Below are positions 55,591 to 64,000 of a stretch of DNA of 64,000 bases, piece by piece. The stretch is taken from the NCBI GenBank assembly GCA_001774395.1, contig MEZX01000002.1, forward strand, positions 96,753-160,752. Reading direction: 5' to 3'. The notes under the pieces are model-generated. The model was given only the letters and a program-made list of their open reading frames with translations. It was not told where the DNA came from and did not search any database. The position numbers were made by a program, and so were the translations under genes. The stretch comes from Candidatus Berkelbacteria bacterium RIFCSPLOWO2_01_FULL_50_28 (lineage in GTDB: Bacteria; Patescibacteriota; UBA1384; 2-12-FULL-50-11). Each line of letters begins with the position of its first letter. The stretch's first letter is position 1.

Positions 55591-57201
55591 CTACTTTTTT
55601 GCTCCAGAGGCTCTAACTAACCCCGCAAATAGCGGATGAGGTTTATTGGGCCGACTTTTGAACTCTGGGTGAAACTGGCAGGCAATGAAAAACGGGTGGC
55701 CGTTAAGCTCGACTATCTCTACCAAACCAAGCTGCGGATTGACTCCCGAGAATCTTAGGTTTTGATCGGCCTCGAATTGAGGCAGAAACTTATTATTGAA
55801 CTCGTAGCGATGGCGATGACGTTCCTGAATTACTGGTTTTTTGTAAAGATTGCGGGCAAGTGTACCTGGCTTTAAATGGCAGTCGTAGTTACCGAGTCGC
55901 ATGGTCGCTCCGAAGCTACCGCTGATCATCTTTGCCACCTGATCTTCCATTAAGTCTATGACCGGCTCCTTCGACTTGCCGAATTCGGTTGAGCTGGCGT
56001 CTTTCAGTTTGAGCTCGTGGCGAGCGTACTCGACCACGGCCAACTGCAAGCCCAAACACAGCCCCAAGAAGGGAACTTTATTTTTGCGAGCCCACTCGAT
56101 CGCGAGAATAATTCCCTCGATTCCCCGTTTGCCGAATCCGCCGGGCACACAGATGCCATCGAGACTAGATGTTGTGAGTACTCGCGTCCCAGTTTTCTCG
56201 ATTTCTTCCGAATCGATGAACACGATCTCCAGCGCGAAAGGGCTTGTCCAGGCGGCCGCTTTGAGCGCTTCAATTACCGAGAAATAGGTATCTTTCATCG
56301 ACATATACTTGCCAACCAACCCAATCCGTAATTTCTGTTCTTTTTGGGAGTCGATTAGCTTTATTAGGCGAGCCCAGGATTTATCGGAGCTAGGCGACCT
56401 AGCGAGACGGAGGTGCTTCATAACCAACTCGTCAACACCTTGTCGCTGCATTATTCGGGGAACCTTGTAGATTGAGTCGACAGTTTCGAGCGCCACAACC
56501 TGCTCGTTTTTTAGCCCAGCAAACATAGCGATTTTTTCCAATTGCCTTTTTTTCACGGGAAAATCAGTCCGACAAAATACCAGGTTCGGGTGGATCCCCC
56601 GCTCGCGCAGATCGATTATTGAATTCTGAATCGGCTTAGTTTTCAGCTCTTCGGAAACTGGCAAATACGGCAAGTAGCCGACGTGGACGAAAAAGGCATC
56701 ACTGTTCTTTTCGTGTCCCACTTGGCGGATGGCTTCGATAAAGTGGGCCGATTCGATATCGCCGATAGTTCCGCCGATTTCGGTTATCACCACCTTGGCT
56801 CGAGATTGTTGGGCGGCAAGAAAGAGCCGTCGTTTTATCTCGTCGGTGATATGCGGGATAACTTGAACAGTTTTGCCCAAGTAAACGCCGTTCCGCTCGT
56901 TTTCGATAACTTTTTGGTAGATAGAGCCGCTCATTATCGACGAGTCACGGTTCAGCTCGACGTCCAGAAAGCGTTCGTAGTGACCCAAATCCAGATCGGT
57001 TTCTGCTCCGTCGGCAGTTACAAAACACTCGCCGTGTTCGCCCGGGTTCAGAGTACCGGCGTCGACGTTCAAGTACGGATCAAATTTCTGAATATAAACC
57101 GAGTGACCGTGACTTTTCAGGAGGTTGCCAAGTGAGGCGGCTACAACGCCTTTGCCTAAACCGGAGAGAACTCCGCCGGTAACGAAAATGTATTTCGTCA
57201 T
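55591..57201 (-). CDS. pyrG: CTP synthase
   Basis: TKYIFVTGGVLSGLGKG, DPYLNVD, CLGLQ, RHRHRYE, QFHPEF. Confidence 0.98.
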   Translation of the reverse strand: MTKYIFVTGGVLSGLGKGVVAASLGNLLKSHGHSVYIQKFDPYLNVDAGTLNPGEHGECFVTADGAETDLDLGHYERFLDVELNRDSSIMSGSIYQKVIENERNGVYLGKTVQVIPHITDEIKRRLFLAAQQSRAKVVITEIGGTIGDIESAHFIEAIRQVGHEKNSDAFFVHVGYLPYLPVSEELKTKPIQNSIIDLRERGIHPNLVFCRTDFPVKKRQLEKIAMFAGLKNEQVVALETVDSIYKVPRIMQRQGVDELVMKHLRLARSPSSDKSWARLIKLIDSQKEQKLRIGLVGKYMSMKDTYFSVIEALKAAAWTSPFALEIVFIDSEEIEKTGTRVLTTSSLDGICVPGGFGKRGIEGIILAIEWARKNKVPFLGLCLGLQLAVVEYARHELKLKDASSTEFGKSKEPVIDLMEDQVAKMISGSFGATMRLGNYDCHLKPGTLARNLYKKPVIQERHRHRYEFNNKFLPQFEADQNLRFSGVNPQLGLVEIVELNGHPFFIACQFHPEFKSRPNKPHPLFAGLVRASGAKK

Positions 57202-57267
57202 CGAAAGTTAAACTATCGTTCGGTTGGCGTGCTGTCAAACTACCCTGTTTTTCAGTACGCTTTTAGT

Positions 57268-58626
57268 ATGGATTTAGGCAATATATTTCGGGCGTACGAT
57301 GTGCGCGGAATTTACCCGTCGGAGATTAATGAGGCTGTGGCGCAACGCATTGCCCAAGCCGGGGCGCAGTTTTTGAACGCGAAAACTATGGCAGTTGGCC
57401 GCGATGTTCGCCTGTCGAGCCCGAGGCTGGAGAAAGCTGTTATTGACGGTTTGATAAGCGCAGGCGTGGACGTTATGGAAATCGGCGCTGTGCCAACCGA
57501 GCTTCTCTACTTTGCCGTGGGTTACTATAATCTCGGTGGCGGTATCCAAGTGACGGCCTCACACAACCCAGCCCAGTTCAACGGCCTCAAGTTTATCGGT
57601 GAAGGCGTTAAGGCTTTGAGCGAGGAAGACGGTTTGCAAGAGATTCGACACTTTGCCGACTCTGATCGTAGGTTTGACGCCGAAAGAGATGGTGAGGTGC
57701 ACTCTCGCAATGTTGAGGAAGCCTACTTCGACTTTCTGACCCAGTTTTGCAGTTTTGATAACGGTCGAAAATTAAAAATTGTCGCCAACAATAACTTCGG
57801 CCTGAGCGGACCGGTAGTAGAGCGTTTGCTGAAACGACTAGCTAGCGACCATATTCAACTCATCAAGCTCAATTTTGAACCAAACGGGACATTTCCCGAC
57901 GGTCCGCCTAACCCGTTGCTGGAGAAAGTTCAGAGACAAACCCGTGTGCAGCTCCTTGAGCACCAAGCTGATTTCGCCGTGATGTGGGACGCTGATGGCG
58001 ACCGGTGTATGCTAATGGATGAGCGAGGGGAAGTTATTGAGAACTGTCACCTGACAGCCTTGCTGGCTGTATACCTGCTCAAGGAAAACCCTGGATCGAA
58101 GATTATTCACGACCCACGAAATGTTTGGGCAGTTGACGAAGCCGTTAAGTCATCTGGCGGCGTGCCGCTCGTGAATCGAGCTGGACACGCTTTCATTAAG
58201 CACCGGATGAGAGAAGAGGGGGCGCTGTTTGCCGGAGAGACAAGCGGGCATTTCTACTTTCGCGATTTTTTCTTTGCCGACTCCGGAATTATCCCATTTT
58301 TGCTGTTTCTAAATATCGTGGCCAATTCAGACCAAAAAGTCTCGGAGCTTTTTGCCCATCTGCGCGCTAAATACCCAGTATCGGGCGAGATAAACTTCGA
58401 GTTTGAAGATAACTACAAAGTGGTCGAAGAGGCTAGAAAAAGATACATCAAAGGTGAGATTGATAATACCGACGGTCTATCAGTCAGCTATAAGAACTGG
58501 CGTTTCAATTTACACGTTGCCAACACGGAGAATCGCTTACGACTGAATGTGGAAGCGCATGACAAGTGGACTCTCCAGGCAAAAACCGACGAACTGGTGA
58601 CGTTGATAAAGTCTTTGAGCGCCTAA
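57268..58626 (+). CDS. Phosphomannomutase/phosphoglucomutase
   Basis: FRAYDVRG, TASHNP, DADGDR, GETSGH. Confidence 0.93.
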   Translation: MDLGNIFRAYDVRGIYPSEINEAVAQRIAQAGAQFLNAKTMAVGRDVRLSSPRLEKAVIDGLISAGVDVMEIGAVPTELLYFAVGYYNLGGGIQVTASHNPAQFNGLKFIGEGVKALSEEDGLQEIRHFADSDRRFDAERDGEVHSRNVEEAYFDFLTQFCSFDNGRKLKIVANNNFGLSGPVVERLLKRLASDHIQLIKLNFEPNGTFPDGPPNPLLEKVQRQTRVQLLEHQADFAVMWDADGDRCMLMDERGEVIENCHLTALLAVYLLKENPGSKIIHDPRNVWAVDEAVKSSGGVPLVNRAGHAFIKHRMREEGALFAGETSGHFYFRDFFFADSGIIPFLLFLNIVANSDQKVSELFAHLRAKYPVSGEINFEFEDNYKVVEEARKRYIKGEIDNTDGLSVSYKNWRFNLHVANTENRLRLNVEAHDKWTLQAKTDELVTLIKSLSA

Positions 58627-58667
58627 GCTAGGGGGTTGAATTCTAACTCGGGCGCTCGGGCGGAGCC

Positions 58668-58970
58668 TTACTCGTCTTTGTCTGGCAACGGTACCAGGCC
58701 AATCCCTTCGCGGGCGGCATGGATGTAGCAGACTCCGAAGAGCAGTTGCTTGCGCTTTCCATTCCTCTTCACCTCTCTGAGGGTCACGCGATCGTCGTAC
58801 CAAGCGCGGTCGCCCACGCGTACAGGCAGACAATTCTCAGTGTCGCAGAACCAACAGATGCCGCGGTAGTTAGCCGGCGGCGAATCCTTGGTTCGAACAG
58901 TCGGGTGAACGTTATGTCGAGCAATGGCCTCGGCAAGTTCACAAGTGACAAAGGGCGCCTTGTAGCTCAA
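58668..58970 (-). CDS. Small hypothetical protein, possible Zn-binding (CxxC...CxxH)
   Basis: CWFC and CYIH motifs; AGGAGGTG RBS before TTG start. Confidence 0.5.
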   Translation of the reverse strand: MSYKAPFVTCELAEAIARHNVHPTVRTKDSPPANYRGICWFCDTENCLPVRVGDRAWYDDRVTLREVKRNGKRKQLLFGVCYIHAAREGIGLVPLPDKDE

Positions 58971-59076
58971 GGCGATTCACCTCCTAAAGACCCGGAGGCA
59001 GTTCCACGGGGTACCACCCCCGCCCTGATGCACGTAGCAAAATAATCGTATACGAAACAGCGTGCCCAACAAGGGA

Positions 59077-60051
59077 TTATCCTACAATCAGACCCAGCGC
59101 TTTTTTGGCTTTGGCTAGTGTTTCGGCGGCGATCGGTTGGGCCTTTTTGCGGCCTTCCTCAAGAATCTGAACTAGTGCGTCTTCATCCTTGAGCAGGGCG
59201 TGATAAGTTTTCTGGATCGGGCCCAAAAAGGCGATAACGTCGTCAATGAGCTGTTCCTTAAGCTCGGAGTAGCGCAGAGTGCCGTCTTTGTACTGGTTTT
59301 CGAGTCTAAGGTACGTCTCACGATTGCCAATTCCTTCAAGAATCGTAAACAAGTTTTTGACCGCTGGGCTCATCTCTTTAGCACCCGGATCGGAATCAGT
59401 TACCGCTCGTTTGATCGTTTGGGTCACGGCCGTTTCGTCGTCGAGAAGTGTTATGGCTGAGCCAGGGATAGATTTAGACATTTTGTGCTTCGGATCGTTC
59501 AAAGCCATGATGCGAGCCCCAGTGTTGAGTAGCGGCTTTGGCTCAATAAATGTTTTTTCAGCATGAGCATTGAAGCTCCTGACTAATTCCCGAGCGAGCT
59601 CGAGGTGTTGAACTTGATCGTCGCCAACCGGTACGACTTCGGCGTCGTAGAGCAAGACATCGGCGGCCATCAAAACCGGGTAAGTAAAAAGACCGGCGTT
59701 CTGGCCGTGGCGATCGGATTTTTCTTTGTACTGGGTCATCCGGTTCAGTGCTCCCATACTGACAAAGTTGCTGAGAATCCAGGCCAGCTCGGTGTGTTCC
59801 GAGATATCAGACTGGAGGAAGTAGGTCGTATTCTTCGGATCAACCCCGCAGGCGATCAGCATCGCCGCAACGTGGCGAGTTAGGTAACTCAAGTCTTTGG
59901 CAGTCGGTCGAATCGTCAGGGCGTGGTAATCGGCGATAAAGAAAAAACAGTCGTAATCGTTTTGGAGGTCAACAAACTGCTTGATCGCACCTAAATAGTT
60001 ACCAAGGTGAAGTTCCCCGGTTGGTTTAATGCCGCTAACGAGTCTTTTCAT
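59077..60051 (-). CDS. trpS: Tryptophan--tRNA ligase
   Basis: SGIKPTGELHLGNY, YPVLMAAD, VPVGDDQ, KMSKS. Confidence 0.97.
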   Translation of the reverse strand: MKRLVSGIKPTGELHLGNYLGAIKQFVDLQNDYDCFFFIADYHALTIRPTAKDLSYLTRHVAAMLIACGVDPKNTTYFLQSDISEHTELAWILSNFVSMGALNRMTQYKEKSDRHGQNAGLFTYPVLMAADVLLYDAEVVPVGDDQVQHLELARELVRSFNAHAEKTFIEPKPLLNTGARIMALNDPKHKMSKSIPGSAITLLDDETAVTQTIKRAVTDSDPGAKEMSPAVKNLFTILEGIGNRETYLRLENQYKDGTLRYSELKEQLIDDVIAFLGPIQKTYHALLKDEDALVQILEEGRKKAQPIAAETLAKAKKALGLIVG

Positions 60052-60091
60052 TGGCTTGATTGTACCCGAAACGTTACCAACCTTCTAAGTC

Positions 60092-61288
60092 TTACTCGTA
60101 ACGAAGCGCCTCAAGCGGACTAATTTTCGTGGCTCGACGGGCAGGAATCAAACCGACTAACGCTCCCAGGAGTATTATTAGCCCGATTATCAGTAGTAGA
60201 AAGAGTGGCGGGGCGTAGTAGAAACTTGTTGTAGCGTTCCCGGTCGCCTTGGCAATCAGATTCACTATGCCGTTTAATCCGTAACCTACCCCAAGACCTA
60301 GCGCGATACCTCCGATACCACCCAAAATGCTAATAAGCATTCCTTCAACCAGGAACAATTTCCAGACATCACGCCGTTTGGTACCGAGCGTCTTCATAAC
60401 CCCAATCTCACGGGTACGTTCCATTAGCGAAACTGAGAGAGTGTTGAACATTCCGAGCGCCGCAACGAAGGTGGCAATTAGACCGAACCCGGCCAAGACG
60501 GTTCGAACGACGCTGAATATGCCGTTTAGCTGGCTGATAATGTCCCCGACGTATTCGGTTTGTAAACCGCCGAGATCGGCTATCTGTTGTCTGGTCTGGG
60601 CGATCTCCGAGACGTTCTCTACCTCAATCTTTGCGGCAGAGAAAGCAAATGCGCCGTAGGCGTCAACAACAGGCTGAATTGGAGCGGATAGATACGGTGT
60701 CTCACGGTCGTCAATAATTCCTACAACCGTGAAAGTAATCTCGTCTGTCTTTGGTTTGCCAGCTAATAGTCCCCCGCGCATTAAAGGTTGGAACGTAATT
60801 TTACTGTTCAGAACCTTCTCGGCCGGCAGGGAAAGCAAAGTAAGTACTGCGTCGGAAATCAGCAGCTCTCCCTTGTCGTCCGCAAACAAACGGCCTTTTT
60901 TTAGGGTTAAGTCAGTCTGTTGCAGATAGGTCGTGCTGTTGAATAGCGCAATAACATCTGCCTTTGTTGACGAGCTTGGAAGCGTTAGTTTGGCGGGCGT
61001 TTCCAGCTGGAGATGGATGCCCTTAACGTTGTTGAAGCTAGTAATTTTATTAACGATCTTACTATCGAGTTCGCCGATATCGCCAGTTCCCACCTTGACG
61101 TCAAAAAAGCTTAGAGATTTTGATTGAAGCGTTTCACGAATTGCCAAGCGTTGGATGCCGTAGCCGATTGAAACCAGGAATATTACGGCCGTGACGCCGA
61201 CAGCCACGCCACCGATTGTCAGCAAGGTACGACTGCGTCGGGAGGTTAAGTTTCTGAAGCCCAGGGAGATAATGTCTTTCCAGGTCAT
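60092..61288 (-). CDS. ABC transporter permease (MacB/FtsX family)
   Basis: RTLLTIGGV, ERTREIGVMKTLG, PARRATKISPLEALRYE. Confidence 0.93.
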   Translation of the reverse strand: MTWKDIISLGFRNLTSRRSRTLLTIGGVAVGVTAVIFLVSIGYGIQRLAIRETLQSKSLSFFDVKVGTGDIGELDSKIVNKITSFNNVKGIHLQLETPAKLTLPSSSTKADVIALFNSTTYLQQTDLTLKKGRLFADDKGELLISDAVLTLLSLPAEKVLNSKITFQPLMRGGLLAGKPKTDEITFTVVGIIDDRETPYLSAPIQPVVDAYGAFAFSAAKIEVENVSEIAQTRQQIADLGGLQTEYVGDIISQLNGIFSVVRTVLAGFGLIATFVAALGMFNTLSVSLMERTREIGVMKTLGTKRRDVWKLFLVEGMLISILGGIGGIALGLGVGYGLNGIVNLIAKATGNATTSFYYAPPLFLLLIIGLIILLGALVGLIPARRATKISPLEALRYE

Positions 61289-62169
61289 GGTTTCGTTACC
61301 TTGGTTTGGGGCTTGGAAATTTCTTGAGCTAAGGATGGCTTAGATTTGACTTGGGTTTGAACCTTGCCAGTCGCAGAGCTGTCAGACGCAGGCTTCGTGG
61401 TGGCGGTAGCATTTCGGTCTGCCCATGAGCCAAGGATATCAGATATGCCTTTGTTGTTGTCTGGGCTAGCTGGGGGTCTTTTCACTTCCACATTCACGAT
61501 CTTGCCGTCGATCATTGAAACGATCTTTGATCCGTAGGGCATGTGGCTCATATTGTGAGTGACCATAATGATTGTTTTTCCGAGCTGTTCGTTGATTGTC
61601 TTTAGAAGCTCCATGACGACTATCGACGAGTCGGTGTCTAGGTTTCCAGTAGGCTCGTCGGCAAAGATTACTTCCGGCTCGGTAATCAGCGAGCGCATAA
61701 GCGAACAGCGCTGTTGCTCACCAACCGACAGTTCGTGCGGGTGCTGGTTGGCCAGTTTTTCCAGGTTGAGCACATGAAGCATCCTGTCCGCCTTGGCAAC
61801 GGCATCGCTCTTGGGAATGCGGTGCAGTAACAGCGGAAAAGCGACGTTCTCTCGAACCGAAAGCGCTTTGATCCAGATTGGCTGCTGATGAACCATGGCA
61901 ATGTGGTGACTACGCAACTCAGTTCGTTGGTCTTCGTGCATGGCAAAGATGTCTTGGTTATTGAAGTAAATCTTACCTTCCGAGGGCGGCTCCAGGCCGA
62001 ACATTAGATACATAAACGTGGATTTTCCACAGCCCGACGGGCCAATTAAAATCACGAATTCACCCGGAGTAATCTCAAGTTCGAGGTTGTGTAATACCTC
62101 AATCTCGCGCTTTCCTATCGGATAGCGCTTAGAGATCTTATCGACCTTGAAGATTGCTTCTACTGCCAT
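61285..62169 (-). CDS. ABC transporter ATP-binding protein (LolD/MacB-like)
   Basis: GPSGCGKST, LSVGEQQR, ADEPTGNLD, VTH. Confidence 0.93.
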   Translation of the reverse strand: MAVEAIFKVDKISKRYPIGKREIEVLHNLELEITPGEFVILIGPSGCGKSTFMYLMFGLEPPSEGKIYFNNQDIFAMHEDQRTELRSHHIAMVHQQPIWIKALSVRENVAFPLLLHRIPKSDAVAKADRMLHVLNLEKLANQHPHELSVGEQQRCSLMRSLITEPEVIFADEPTGNLDTDSSIVVMELLKTINEQLGKTIIMVTHNMSHMPYGSKIVSMIDGKIVNVEVKRPPASPDNNKGISDILGSWADRNATATTKPASDSSATGKVQTQVKSKPSLAQEISKPQTKVTKP

Positions 62170-63998
62170 AGTCGTGATAGCCAACCGAAATTCTTTACTA
62201 GGGTTCGGCTGATTAGCTGAAGGGCGTTAAGGCGGCGAATACCGCCGGAAACGTTCTCGGGGTCGCTGTAGGTGATGTTGCCGGAGGAGTCGGCGAGTTT
62301 AACGCGGACCGAGTAAATTCCGCCGGCAGGTACGGAAATGCTGAGATTGTGCGATTGGTTCAGAGTATCCGCTTGACCGCTGATGTTGTAGGACGTTGCC
62401 GACGAGCCTTGAGCAACTTCAAGCTGAGCAACGGTTGGTTCGTTTGATTCTACCTTGGCGACCAGAATAGTTTTTCCGTCGGTTTGAGGTTGTGACATGA
62501 TGGCAAAGCTAAGAATCTCCGGAGGCTTGGTGTCGTCTTTTGTCGTGGCGTAGACGATCTCCGGAACGGCGTCGTTACCGAATGAGTCACTCCCGCCGGC
62601 GATAATCTTGTACGAACGTTTGGGTAACAGACCGCTAAGAACGATACTGTGCTTGGTGGAAAGTGGCTCACTGGCGGTTCGCTCTAGCTGAGTGGCACCG
62701 CTAGTTGAGTAAAGGACAGTTGTTGAAGTATCGATGTTAGAGGTATAGGTAACTTTTAAGGTTGGCGTATCAACTTTCAGTACTGGCTCAACCTCAACGT
62801 TACTGACAACCGGCATCGGCAGGGTTTCGAACTTGTTAATAACCTCTTGCGCAAAGACGTCACCGTCGCTCGTTACCATCCGGAAACCGTAAAAGTAATC
62901 GGTCGTGTCTTTCAGTCCCGTTAGGGCGATGCTGAAGTCCTGCCCGAAGCTGTCAAATTCCTTCACGCTACCGAACTCTGAAGTCTCGCCGTACTTCAGT
63001 TCGCCCTTAGCTTGGACGTTTGTCTTGAAACTGACCCGCGCGCTACTTAGGCTAATGTCGGTTACCTCAACGTCTTTCACTACAGGTGGCGGCGCGGTGG
63101 TTAGGTCCATCGCCCCATAGGTGGCGGTGTTGCCGTCAACATCGGTGGAGTAGAGGAAACATTTATAGGGGGTTGACGGGGTTAGCCCCTCGACTGAGAC
63201 GTTGTGAGCCAAGACTTGAGCGAAATCACCGGCAGTAATGTCTAAATCGTTAACTGTGAGACCGCATTTAACGAACGAAGTGCCCGAGCCGTCACCTTTG
63301 GCGCGAGTCGTGATCCAGCTGAAGGTGATGCGGCGAGCAAATATATTGGTGCTGATTGTCTCGCTGGCAATCGTTGGCGCGGAGGTGAACTTGCCAGTGG
63401 GGACGACGCTTAGACTGCTTGTGGAGACCGACTCGGTGTTGGTTTTAGTGTAGGCGGTGGTTTTGTAGTAGTAACGTGTGCCGCCGGTCAGGCCCTGGTC
63501 GACGTAAGCGGTGCCGGTGGTGCTGGAAATTACGGTGTACGTAACATCATCTGTGGAGCGGTAAACTTTGTACCCAGAGAAATTGCCTTCGTCGTAGGTG
63601 TCTGGTTCCTCCCAGGATAGAGCGGCGCCGTACTTCTGGGCGTCGCGATCCGAAAGGTCATTTAGATTGAAATCATTCGGTGCGCTCGGTGCGGCCGTAT
63701 TAGCGGAAAAGCTAACCTGCGCGTAGAGGTCGTAATCGACGTTGCCGGCGCCGTCTTTAGCGACCACGTAAAACGTGTTCTCTCCTTGCTGAGTCGCCAA
63801 CGCTGCTGGCCCAACCGACTCGGCCGATGTTTCGGTGCTATTGTTGGCGGTCGGTAGAGCGTTGACGCTCCAGCGGTAGCGCAGCAGCTCCAACTCTCCG
63901 ACGTACGTTAACGGCGGATCCCAAGTGATGGTAAAGGAGTTAGTCTCGGAGACTTCGTTATCCACTTCAATATTTTGCGGCGGGGTTGGTGCCGAACC
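62160..63998 (-). CDS. Fibronectin type III repeat surface protein (5' partial; open to window edge)
   Basis: Multiple FN3-like units (LSWEEP, GYKVYRS, GLTPSTPY, GLKDTTDY, GLLPKRSY). Confidence 0.85.
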   Translation of the reverse strand, partial: GSAPTPPQNIEVDNEVSETNSFTITWDPPLTYVGELELLRYRWSVNALPTANNSTETSAESVGPAALATQQGENTFYVVAKDGAGNVDYDLYAQVSFSANTAAPSAPNDFNLNDLSDRDAQKYGAALSWEEPDTYDEGNFSGYKVYRSTDDVTYTVISSTTGTAYVDQGLTGGTRYYYKTTAYTKTNTESVSTSSLSVVPTGKFTSAPTIASETISTNIFARRITFSWITTRAKGDGSGTSFVKCGLTVNDLDITAGDFAQVLAHNVSVEGLTPSTPYKCFLYSTDVDGNTATYGAMDLTTAPPPVVKDVEVTDISLSSARVSFKTNVQAKGELKYGETSEFGSVKEFDSFGQDFSIALTGLKDTTDYFYGFRMVTSDGDVFAQEVINKFETLPMPVVSNVEVEPVLKVDTPTLKVTYTSNIDTSTTVLYSTSGATQLERTASEPLSTKHSIVLSGLLPKRSYKIIAGGSDSFGNDAVPEIVYATTKDDTKPPEILSFAIMSQPQTDGKTILVAKVESNEPTVAQLEVAQGSSATSYNISGQADTLNQSHNLSISVPAGGIYSVRVKLADSSGNITYSDPENVSGGIRRLNALQLISRTLVKNFGWLSRLWQ

Positions 63999-64000
63999 AG

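Overview
Chromosomal window spanning the replication origin (rpmH-rnpA-yidD-yidC divergent from dnaA-oriC-dnaN-recF-putative dciA) of a bacterium that looks like a Patescibacteria/CPR member. The lineage is inferred from gene content (VirB2/TrbC-like pilin cluster, cohesin/dockerin and FN3 surface proteins, tRNA-Arg(GCG), abundant palindromic intergenic repeats), not from a search. Other contents: an operon of putative cell-wall hydrolases including a 1460-aa protein, four tRNAs, a PilB/GspE ATPase, an ~19 kb glycosylation locus, H+-PPase, VanW, pyrG, phosphomannomutase, trpS and an ABC exporter. Most striking unexplained signal: three of the four tRNA genes are preceded by exact copies of their own 5' end (18-25 nt), each followed by sequence that folds back on the copy. 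At tRNA-Ser(CGA) these form a CRISPR-sized repeat/spacer mini-array, and tRNA-Ser(GCT) is followed by REP-like palindromes and a GIY-YIG nuclease. Also notable: an M15-type Zn-peptidase motif set split by ~1250 aa, an adjacent dockerin/cohesin gene pair, pilins fused to protease and Ig domains, a family of intergenic palindromes, and probable widespread leaderless transcription. All product calls come from motif recognition by eye.
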